Below are positions 1 to 6,440 of a stretch of 24,000 nt of DNA, in pieces. Under the pieces are notes generated by a model. The model was not told the origin of the DNA and made no database searches. It worked only from the letters and a program-made list of their open reading frames with translations. The stretch is taken from assembly GCF_008933155.1 (NCBI RefSeq), contig NZ_WBVP01000024.1:2571-26570 (forward strand), read 5' to 3'. The stretch's first letter is position 1. Every line of letters starts with the position of its first letter. Position numbers and translations under genes: made by a program. This DNA comes from Aliivibrio finisterrensis (GTDB lineage: Bacteria; Pseudomonadota; Gammaproteobacteria; Enterobacterales; Vibrionaceae).

Positions 1-411
1 TAAGCGTAATAATGGCATGGCGAGAACGTAGAATAGACAGAAGCTGAGATGGTATAAGGTGTTTGGAATAAAGAGTAGGTTAAAAAAACCTTAAATATCA
101 ATACTTACTATGCTGAAGGCTAATATCTTTAGCTTAGTAAGTGTTCACTAAGCCTTATTAACATAAAAAAGTGTTCTGACGCACGTAATACAACATTAAG
201 TACCTATAAAGAAGTTATCCGGAATCTAAGTCCTTTCATTTCCTATAATATCAATAACTTAAATATTGATAATTTTCACGTTGAAAATAAAATCAGATAA
301 TGGATTGAAAATCACATCAACGTGCAGCCCAGATCTTTTAGTCGTAAAACAAAATTACGAATTAATTGAAATATTAGAATGGATAAAAATTTATACGAAC
401 ATCCTCGATGA

Positions 412-1566
412 TTAATCTTGAAGCAATAAATTTGGACTATTATCATTGCTTAAACCGCGCAAGTATCTCAATACCATCTCGTTACTCTTCCAATCCCCTA
501 GTTGGATCAGTTGCGTTAAACTTAAACCCGCTTTATAACCGTCCTGTAATGCACCGACTCGACTAGAGTGTCCACTCCACACTTTTCGATGCGCTCCGCC
601 ACTAGTGACAACGTCACCTCTGTCGAGCAGGAGTTTATGCGCACGTTGGTAAATGCGATCAATCGTCATTCCTGACATGGGCGTCTGGCGGTAACCTGCG
701 GGTCGATCTCCTTTTACGGTTAACCAACAAAAAATGAACTCCTCTTCACTAAGCCCCTGGCAATACACGTAAAGATAGCGTTTTACAATGGCTGAAAACC
801 GACCGGTTAATCGCTTTGGCTCTGGGCTGATAGTCGTTTTTGAGGTGACACGTTCGATATTTATATCGCCACAATCTAAGATCTTAATGTGTTTTTTACG
901 TATTTTCCCTATTTCTCCTTCACGCAATAAGGTGCCGTAAGCGAGGGTTAATACTGTCAGATCTCGGTATTGAATCGCTATTTTCTCGTTACCCCATATG
1001 TCCATTAAGCAAGTGAGATGGTGCTTATGAAAGGGTTTGGCTTGTAATTCTATGGTTTGAGTTCCGGTCAATTCCATTTCATCTTTGGCTAATGAACTAA
1101 AAAAATGAGCAACGACAGGCAGTTTGGTGCTGTCCGTTGCATTCATGATCTTATGAAATAGGCTTAATTGCGCTCGGTATTGTTTTAAGGTGTTTATTTT
1201 GTTTTCCTGATCTAACTTCATTGATTTGAACCAGGCTAACAATACCGGGGCATGAATAGGAAAACTGTACACCGAGAGATCTTTGCAATGCTCATCCCAT
1301 TTTCTCACCACAAAGGCCAGCATTTTTAAGGTGTTAGTACTCAACCCCCCTCGGTTTTCTTCAAAGTCAGCCAGATGAAGCAAGCTGTTAGGCAACTCTG
1401 GCCAGTCGGGATCGAAGCTGTGACTCAGATCGGGAAAGTTGAGTTTAAAGCGACTGAGGTGTTGTTGCTGTTGTGCCCACTGTTGATGGATTTCATCGTG
1501 TTTCTTCAAGTGTGACAGGGTCACCTCTGACTGCTTAATTAGCGGAAGGTGGATGGTATTTGCCAT
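412..1566 (-). CDS. Cre-like tyrosine recombinase (phage P1 Cre family)
   Basis: 384-aa ORF. C-terminus WSGHSSRVGALQDGYKAGLSLTQLIQLGDWKSNEMVLRYLRG aligns by eye with Cre WSGHSARVGAARDMARAGVSIPEIMQAGGWTNVNIVMNYIRN (H-x-x-R, Trp, catalytic Tyr). LAYGTLLREGEIGKIRKKHI...VTSKT matches Cre IAYNTLLRIAEIARIRVKDI...GRTKT (Arg, Lys). N-terminal TLKMLAFVVRKWDEHCK resembles Cre TWKMLLSVCRSWAAWCK. Confidence 0.88.
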   Translation of the reverse strand: MANTIHLPLIKQSEVTLSHLKKHDEIHQQWAQQQQHLSRFKLNFPDLSHSFDPDWPELPNSLLHLADFEENRGGLSTNTLKMLAFVVRKWDEHCKDLSVYSFPIHAPVLLAWFKSMKLDQENKINTLKQYRAQLSLFHKIMNATDSTKLPVVAHFFSSLAKDEMELTGTQTIELQAKPFHKHHLTCLMDIWGNEKIAIQYRDLTVLTLAYGTLLREGEIGKIRKKHIKILDCGDINIERVTSKTTISPEPKRLTGRFSAIVKRYLYVYCQGLSEEEFIFCWLTVKGDRPAGYRQTPMSGMTIDRIYQRAHKLLLDRGDVVTSGGAHRKVWSGHSSRVGALQDGYKAGLSLTQLIQLGDWKSNEMVLRYLRGLSNDNSPNLLLQD

Positions 1567-1584
1567 GACGACGTCCCTACTCAG

Positions 1585-1618
1585 GTTGTGTGATATAAGT
1601 GTAATTATATCACACTAT
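1585..1618. promoter_or_regulatory. Candidate lox-like core site or operator (13-8-13 inverted repeat)
   Basis: GTTGTGTGATATA-AGTGTAAT-TATATCACACTAT. The inner 10-11 bp of each arm are perfectly complementary (GTGTGATATAA / TTATATCACAC) and the central spacer is asymmetric. It lies 19 bp upstream of the Cre-like start codon. The geometry matches loxP (13-bp arms, 8-bp spacer). Confidence 0.4.
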
Positions 1619-1679
1619 TTTTTATACTAACGGGAACGCAATAGAAAATCGTGACACTGTTCATCCATACATGAAAAAC

Positions 1680-1708
1680 TTGACTCTTTTCGTGGTCGCC
1701 ATTATTAT
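1680..1708 (+). promoter_or_regulatory. Sigma70-type promoter for the leader and 497-aa gene
   Basis: TTGACT (1680-1685), a 17-nt spacer, then TATTAT (1703-1708). The predicted start near 1715 coincides with the foot of a perfect 8-bp 5' hairpin (CATTCTGG-CACAT-CCAGAATG, 1714-1734). Confidence 0.55.
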
Positions 1709-1713
1709 TAACG

Positions 1714-1933
1714 CATTCTGGCACATCCAGAATGTGGGATTAGTACCCCTCTATTATCAGGAATAGCAGGCAGAAATGTCTGCTATGTGCTCTTGCACAC
1801 CCAAACAATGGTGAGCTGAGTAAGGCGACCTTGCGTCGGCCGTTCCTGATAACGGTAGTACTAACCTTATTTAGCTCGCCACCCAAAGATTAGTACCTTT
1901 TGGTGGTGAGAATATTACCTATCAGGAGGTCAC
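1714..1933 (+). promoter_or_regulatory. Structured 5' leader with duplicated target boxes (a1/b1 upstream, a2/b2 over the ribosome-binding site)
   Basis: ATTAGTAC occurs at 1739-1746 and 1889-1896. TATCAGGA occurs at 1755-1762 and 1920-1927, and the second copy overlaps the AGGAGG SD (1924-1929) before the ATG at 1934. Both motifs are complementary to the single segment 1843-1864. The hairpin 1879-1888/1897-1906 displays the second ATTAGTAC in its 8-nt loop. Confidence 0.6.
1810..1885 (+). ncRNA. Candidate c4-like antisense RNA embedded in the leader (~76 nt)
   Basis: An 8-bp closing helix, GGTGAGCT (1810-1817) with AGCTCGCC (1873-1880, one G-U), is followed by ACCCA. Inside are a hairpin at 1824-1841 and the hairpin CCGTT-CCTGAT-AACGG (1840-1855), which presents the b' core in its loop. 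b' is TTCCTGATAA (1843-1852) and a' is GTACTAA (1858-1864). Size and box order mirror the P1/P7 c4 RNA. The ends are inferred, not observed. Confidence 0.5.
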
Positions 1934-3427
1934 ATGATCAAACTACCCACACTTGCTGAGTGCATTTCGCGCACTTGCGATTCACTCACGACCGATATTA
2001 TTGATGACACCGCCATAAGATCCATTTTTTGTGGTGGTAAGTTGTCTGCATCTGCGTTACTTCAACACGTCTTTCCAGAGCACGATTTCACACAAAAGCA
2101 GTTCAACCGTCGTGCTCAACACGCAGAATTTAAAATTGCACTAGCGCGACCGCTAACCCACTTTCTTTCCATTCATTACCCCTCAACAGTAGATCCGGAG
2201 CGTCACCTTTTTACCTTTAAGTACAGTGACTTAAGTGAGAGTGAGTTCGTTGAGTTAGCCGCTGACTACCGCTGTTTTGGAGAGATGAAACGACAAAATG
2301 ACACCCTGGCAAAAACGATCATTGCGCTCGATAAGCATCAACACCGACACATTCAGAATGCAATAATGGCAGCGTATCCTACCTATTTGCGGACTCAACG
2401 GTACGTAGTGAGTGACACTGTCACGCTTCAGTCATTCCCAGAGGTGCTGGTTTATCGCTTATTAACTCAATTACACTTCACTTTTACTTACGACTATGCC
2501 TCTAATGCGCTCGGTAAAAAGAAGCCGTATTCGATTGATTTTGTGATCCACGATGAAGCCAATACCCCGTTGTTCGGCATTGAAGTCGCTCGAAATGATC
2601 ATGAGAAAAGAGACTCCGCTTCCGTCGCTTACCACCGTCGTAATCTCAAAAAAGCCATTGCCTACCGCGACAATGAAGATTTTGAGGTGTTTTTTATCAA
2701 TAGCAATCAACCCGAAGCCCACTTTTTTAACGACGTCATTACTTTATTAACACAAGAATTTGGCGAAGATATTGGGCCATTCCCGACACTTGAGGCCTGC
2801 TCTGTGTACCAAAAGCCCGAATATGCTCAATTTTTGGCCATGGCGCCAAACGCGCTCATCGACTACATCGTTGACGAGTTAGGAGGCGTGTCTGCGCTTA
2901 TTAATCAGCATTCTTCGTTGCACCATTTTTTACAGCGCCATTATTCGAATACTAACCTGGCTTACGATCAGATCTATCAACACGCAAAAGCAATGGGTAG
3001 CACAAAGAAAACAGCCAGAACGGCCCGCACTCGAAAGGGCATCAGCAACAATAAATACCATGATGTTGTGGCCTTACCTCGACAGAAATTAATCACTTAT
3101 CTTCGAGCGCAAGGGTACTTCACTCGCTATATGCTAAAAAATACCAATCCAGCGTTATTGCGGGTTTTGACGGAGTATTGGGGGACGGACGTTGATGGAT
3201 TATTGTCAAGATTAGAGTCGAGTTCAAAGAAAGAACTGAGCGAGATCCGCTATTATTTTCGTTCATTATCTCTCGATTTATCCTCCACCCAATCAGCAAG
3301 AACCGCGATAAAAAAGGTCCCTCATTTATTCAGTGTGAAAGCCTTTCACCTCAATTATTTTTCTAAGCGCTTATACCGAGCGCTAAAAGAAAGACATGAT
3401 TATTCACTGATAATCAATAACTTGTAA
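1934..3427 (+). CDS. Hypothetical 497-aa protein with a central PD-(D/E)xK-like (DUF559/DUF2726-type) core
   Basis: Strong SD (AGGAGG, 4-nt spacing). The central block SFPEVLVYRLL...YSIDFVIHDEANTPLFGIEVARNDHEKRD resembles the nuclease-fold signature S-x-x-E ... DFv(i) ... l-x-IEv-x-x-x-x-H. The motif PTLAEC (aa 5-10) recurs as PTLEAC near aa 285. The product is otherwise not recognisable. Function is low confidence; coding status is high confidence. Confidence 0.75.
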   Translation: MIKLPTLAECISRTCDSLTTDIIDDTAIRSIFCGGKLSASALLQHVFPEHDFTQKQFNRRAQHAEFKIALARPLTHFLSIHYPSTVDPERHLFTFKYSDLSESEFVELAADYRCFGEMKRQNDTLAKTIIALDKHQHRHIQNAIMAAYPTYLRTQRYVVSDTVTLQSFPEVLVYRLLTQLHFTFTYDYASNALGKKKPYSIDFVIHDEANTPLFGIEVARNDHEKRDSASVAYHRRNLKKAIAYRDNEDFEVFFINSNQPEAHFFNDVITLLTQEFGEDIGPFPTLEACSVYQKPEYAQFLAMAPNALIDYIVDELGGVSALINQHSSLHHFLQRHYSNTNLAYDQIYQHAKAMGSTKKTARTARTRKGISNNKYHDVVALPRQKLITYLRAQGYFTRYMLKNTNPALLRVLTEYWGTDVDGLLSRLESSSKKELSEIRYYFRSLSLDLSSTQSARTAIKKVPHLFSVKAFHLNYFSKRLYRALKERHDYSLIINNL

Positions 3428-3433
3428 TATTTA

Positions 3434-3462
3434 ATCGCGTTAATCAGTCCGATTAACGCGAT
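3434..3462. other. Perfect 12-bp stem-loop just after the 497-aa gene stop
   Basis: ATCGCGTTAATC-AGTCC-GATTAACGCGAT. No U-tract follows, so it is not a canonical intrinsic terminator. It could be an RNA-stability or protein-binding element. Confidence 0.5.
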
Positions 3463-3480
3463 GGCAGATCTCAACATGTT

Positions 3481-3784
3481 GGGCTCTGTCGCAACGTTTT
3501 TCTTAAGTACAACGTGCCGAATTCCAGGCACGATTATGCAGCGAGCGCGTAAAAGCGCTCCCATACTGGCAACGAATCATCCCCAATAATCTGTCCTCGT
3601 TCAGTAAATAGTCGTCAATATCACGGTAGCTTAATTTGTAAGAAACGTAATAACGAACAGCTGGAGGATCACATCTTTTGGGTATGGAAACCAGAAAAAT
3701 TCATAAATAAGGATACAAAATGATAAACATTGAGCTTTGAGAGCTCATTTTTAGAAAAATTGCAATATAGATGCGACAGAGCCC
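3481..3784 (-). mobile_element. Internally deleted IS6-family (IS26-like) element, ~304 bp, with both terminal inverted repeats
   Basis: The ends GGGCTCTGTCGCAAC (3481-3495) and the complement of GATGCGACAGAGCCC (3770-3784) resemble the IS26 IR GGCACTGTTGCAAA. The minus strand keeps a frameshifted transposase N-terminus, MNFSGFH.. / ..PKDVILQ / ..AVRYYVSYKLSYRDIDDYL (compare IS26 MNPFKGRHFQRDIILWAVRWYCKYGISYRELQEML). The rest is deleted. The flanking 8-mers differ, so there is no target-site duplication. Confidence 0.7.
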
Positions 3785-4035
3785 CATATACGATAGAGGC
3801 TTAAATGGCAGAGTCTCTAGCAAAAATTAACGCTGAATTTCGCCATATTTTTGAGGAACTGTTCCAATATTATATTTATGATACAACCCAACGATTAGCA
3901 CCGAAAATGCCAAGCGTTGGGAATCACTCTTAAATTGCTTGTTGAACGAAGCCGCTTCGCGGCAGAGTAAAACCTGTATCGTCCATACTCTCTGTACCTC
4001 CATCATTTCGATGGCGGATAACAGGAGCAAATACC

Positions 4036-4425
4036 ATGAGCCCAACTGAACTAGAGCGATATCATCGCCTGTATGAATTACACCTTACCAACTTAACTCT
4101 GCAAGGTAAACGACCTGCTACCATTGATGCCTATTCTCGAGCGGTACGCCGGATTAGCAAGTTCTTTGACCGCTCTCCCGATACATTAAGCACGACTGAT
4201 TTAAAAAACTTCTTCGCCAGTTTAATTAGCACTCACTCGTGGAGCACCGTTAAACTCGACCGCAATGGCTTACAGTTTTTCTATCGCCACACTTTAAATA
4301 AACAATGGGTATGGCTTGATATCGTTAAACCTCCTCAATCTAAAAAACTGCCCGATATCATAACCCCACGACAAGTTCTATATAGGTATTTACTACAAAT
4401 GATATTTAAAAGCATTGTCGATTGA
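4036..4425 (+). pseudogene. 3'-truncated tyrosine recombinase (N-terminal SAM-like domain only)
   Basis: The first ~115 aa, ...TIDAYSRAVRRISKFF...DLKNFFASLISTHSWSTVKLDRNGLQFFYRHTLNKQWVWLDIVKPPQSKKLPDIITPRQV, is a typical integrase N-terminal core-binding domain of the type I recall next to IS91-family transposases. Homology stops near 4380 and the frame runs into unrelated sequence. No catalytic domain is present. Confidence 0.65.
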
Positions 4426-4525
4426 TAGTTCTCTCTTTCTATATTGCGAAAGACCTAGTTATGATATTACTTAGGTTTGTGAAAAAGAACACTACGCGGA
4501 AATCGTTATTGCAGATAGCTAAAAC

Positions 4526-4558
4526 GAAAAAAGCCACGTATAAAAGACGTGGCTTTTC
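4526..4558. terminator. Bidirectional rho-independent terminator
   Basis: AAAAGCCACGT-ATAAAAG-ACGTGGCTTTT. A 9-bp GC-containing stem is flanked by an A-run and a T-run. Confidence 0.7.
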
Positions 4559-4671
4559 CCTTAACTTTTGTCTTCGGTAGTCTGCAAAGCAGTGATGTGC
4601 CGAAGCTCTCATTTATAATAGTAAGCCTTTTTGATTCGGGCGTCAAATTCAACGGTTGTAGAGATTGCTAG

Positions 4672-5280
4672 ATGGATAATACCAAGATCATAAACACGCT
4701 TTCGACTTCTCGATTTAGTACTTATCTGTATGCCAGTAAGAAACATACCGGTAATGAAGATGAACAATTGGCACTAAAACTATATGAATGGAATGCAACG
4801 GTATCAAGCCATTACTTACTTCCCCTTCATGTTTTTGAAGTGTTTTTACGTAACCTGGTGAGTGAGGCGATTGAAAATCGATATGGTAAAGATTGGCCAG
4901 TTGATCCTCAATTCAACTACACTTTGAAACGTTATGAAAAAGCAGAGTTAGAATCTACGGTTAAAAAGCAAAAACATTACCGAGATGCAAATCAAGTTAT
5001 CCCTGAATTAAAGTTTTATTGGTTTGAACATCTACTGACTAAGAAACAAGATGTGCGTCTTTGGAAGCATAGAAACTTTCTCGAAAAGGCATTTCCCCAC
5101 TCCCCATATGAAACAGCTGAAGAACTAAGGCAAGAGCTGAGAGAGCGTTCAACTTTGATCCGAAACTTCAGAAACCGTTGTGCCCATCACGAACCTATTT
5201 TTTATCATCAGCATGTACTGAAAATCTATGAGTACATTGATGAAATCATTTATTGGCGATGTGCCGATACTCGTTCCTAG
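4672..5280 (+). CDS. Abi_2 family (AbiD/AbiF-like) abortive-infection protein, HEPN-type
   Basis: 202 aa. N-terminal LSTSRFSTYL and LYEWNATVSS..LPLHVFEVFLRNLV, plus C-terminal IRNFRNRCAHHEPIF (R-x4-H HEPN motif), match the Abi_2 family layout. Confidence 0.82.
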   Translation: MDNTKIINTLSTSRFSTYLYASKKHTGNEDEQLALKLYEWNATVSSHYLLPLHVFEVFLRNLVSEAIENRYGKDWPVDPQFNYTLKRYEKAELESTVKKQKHYRDANQVIPELKFYWFEHLLTKKQDVRLWKHRNFLEKAFPHSPYETAEELRQELRERSTLIRNFRNRCAHHEPIFYHQHVLKIYEYIDEIIYWRCADTRS

Positions 5281-5347
5281 CTAAACCAGATTGAAAAAAT
5301 CACACCATTAATCAAGGAACCTATTGTATAAAATCAATAATTATATT

Positions 5348-5368
5348 TCTGGGGACAATGGGGGTTGT
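5348..5368 (+). repeat. 21-nt exact direct repeat, copy A (partner at 15578-15598)
   Basis: TCTGGGGACAATGGGGGTTGT is identical at both loci. A further ~21 nt upstream is about 70% similar (5327-5347 vs 15557-15577). The sequences diverge completely just downstream. Confidence 0.9.
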
Positions 5369-5380
5369 TTTAGGGTATTA

Positions 5381-5824
5381 CTAACGTTTCCAATCGGTTA
5401 TATGCATTGAACTACGATAAAAGGCCGCTCTTCTATTTCTGAATAATAACTGTAAAGAATCGTAGTTTGCGATAAACATAGATTGAACCAATCCATCTAC
5501 TCTAGTAGTTAAAATGGATCGTAAGTGATAGGTAAAACTGCAGTCCAGTGGGGCTAACATATCGCAATTATCGAACCATAATAATGTCGGCTTTGAGATA
5601 GAGCGAATAGCTTCAAAGAAAGCGTCATTCTCAGAGCTGGCAAGCACTTCTTCAATTGACTCATACCGTGAAAAATCTAAATACAATACATTGATCCCTT
5701 CAGCTTGAGCTAAAGTTGTCGCTCTTGCAATAAAATCAGATCTTAAACATTCTTTTTCAGCAGAGAGAATACCTATATTGATATCCCACGCAGCCTCAAT
5801 AAATCTTTCTGGTGTAAGTTCTAG
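5381..5824 (-). pseudogene. Fragment of an AAA/ATPase_2-like ATPase (Walker B side only), fused in frame to a umuC remnant
   Basis: PTLLWFDNCDMLAP (a hhhhD-type Walker B-like motif) and NRRAAFYRSSMHITDW resemble the distal part of archaeal-type ATPase domains. There is no Walker A. The assignment is weak. Confidence 0.3.
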
Positions 5825-6110
5825 CATCATTAATTCCGTATTATTTGGGGTAAGGTTCAGCATATCAAATTGCTCATGCTTCCCATTGCTCAAGTCCAGC
5901 AAATCAACGCCTACTTTGTAATAATTAACACCTGGCTGAAATAATGTTTTAGCAAGCGAGGTAGCTACGGAAGTCAGTTGTGTTGCATCTGCCGTTGGAT
6001 AAGCAAAGTTATGAAGTGATTTACTGTTCACTGGCTTTTCATCAAAAGGGGCAACACATCATAATCTTACACAGCGAGCCTTGTTTTCTCGTAAGCGCTT
6101 AACTAACCAC
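5825..6110 (-). pseudogene. umuC: umuC (Y-family polymerase V subunit) 3' fragment
   Basis: The minus-strand translation ..VKRLRENKARCVRL*CVAPFDEKPVNSKSLHNFAYPTADATQLTSVATSLAKTLFQPGVNYYKVGVDLLDLSNGKHEQFDML..NNTELMM parallels the E. coli UmuC C-terminal region (..AAEKLR..C..SPF..PT.D...I..A...L..IW..G..Y.KAGVML.D......Q..LF.....SEQLM). It has an in-frame stop and lacks the 5' two-thirds. Confidence 0.6.
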
Positions 6111-6440
6111 ACATATCAATATTAAGCATGCTTTGCCATAGTACCTTTTTAATCGGAGGTACTATGGATCAGCAAAGTAAGGCGACTATTAGACTAATAT
6201 TTTAGAATAGCAGAAAAAGAGATAACCTATCTATCAAGTAATTAGTGCATAAAACAATCGGGTTTTCTAAAAGTGAAGAAATGAACGACAAGGTTATTGG
6301 AACGTTTATTTAGCGTGAGTATTATCTTTAGTCAACAGGTTGGAGTCATGACCTCTTTGTAGGTACTTATGTATAAATTAAGCGTGTAATTTATACATAA
6401 TTATAGAACCATATAAATAAAGCTAGCGTATTTTCTGTAA

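Noticed and set aside
1-411. Short repeats downstream of the Cre-like gene (TTGAAAAT x2-3, TATCAATA/TATTGATA and CACGTTGA/TCAACGTG inverted repeats) as possible arm-type sites
   Set aside because: These are short AT-rich matches in AT-rich DNA, with no tRNA/tmRNA target or second att-like copy in the window. They cannot be distinguished from chance.
1736-1766. PreQ1-I riboswitch-like look of GGGATTAGTACCCCTCTATTATCAGGAA (short hairpin plus tail)
   Set aside because: The tail is not A-rich as in preQ1-I aptamers. The downstream gene is unrelated to queuosine. The same motifs are better explained by the a1/b1 boxes of the c4-like arrangement.
2471-2750. Track ORFs 2471-2722 (-) and 2553-2750 (+) inside the 497-aa gene
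   Set aside because: They lie entirely within a longer ORF that has a strong SD and a recognisable domain. They have no SD and low-complexity translations, so they are most likely shadow ORFs.
1714-3427. Retron (msr-msd) or other RT- or transposon-guide RNA interpretation of the structured leader
   Set aside because: The downstream ORF has no reverse-transcriptase motifs (no YxDD block) and no TnpB/IscB/IS110-like features. No flanking a1/a2-type terminal repeats typical of retrons were seen.
3827-4045. 72-aa minus-strand ORF upstream of the truncated recombinase
   Set aside because: It has no SD and overlaps the start of the plus-strand recombinase fragment. The region contains hairpins (CCAACG...CGTTGG and GCCGC-TTC-GCGGC) that look more like an untranslated or element-end sequence.
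5351-5390. Tn3-family terminal inverted repeat (the sequence starts GGGG and ends near ..CTAACG)
   Set aside because: Resemblance to the 38-bp Tn3-family consensus (GGGG...ACGCTAAG) is poor. The two copies are direct rather than inverted, share only 21 nt, and no Tn3-type transposase or resolvase is present.
6367-6400. Perfect 14-bp AT-rich inverted repeat TTATGTATAAATTA-AGCGTG-TAATTTATACATAA, and the 10-bp inverted repeat at 6136-6167 with a 13-codon mini-ORF
   Set aside because: The structures are real, but they sit in unassignable DNA between a umuC remnant and the IS30 end. There is no associated gene, T-tract or second copy to support a function.
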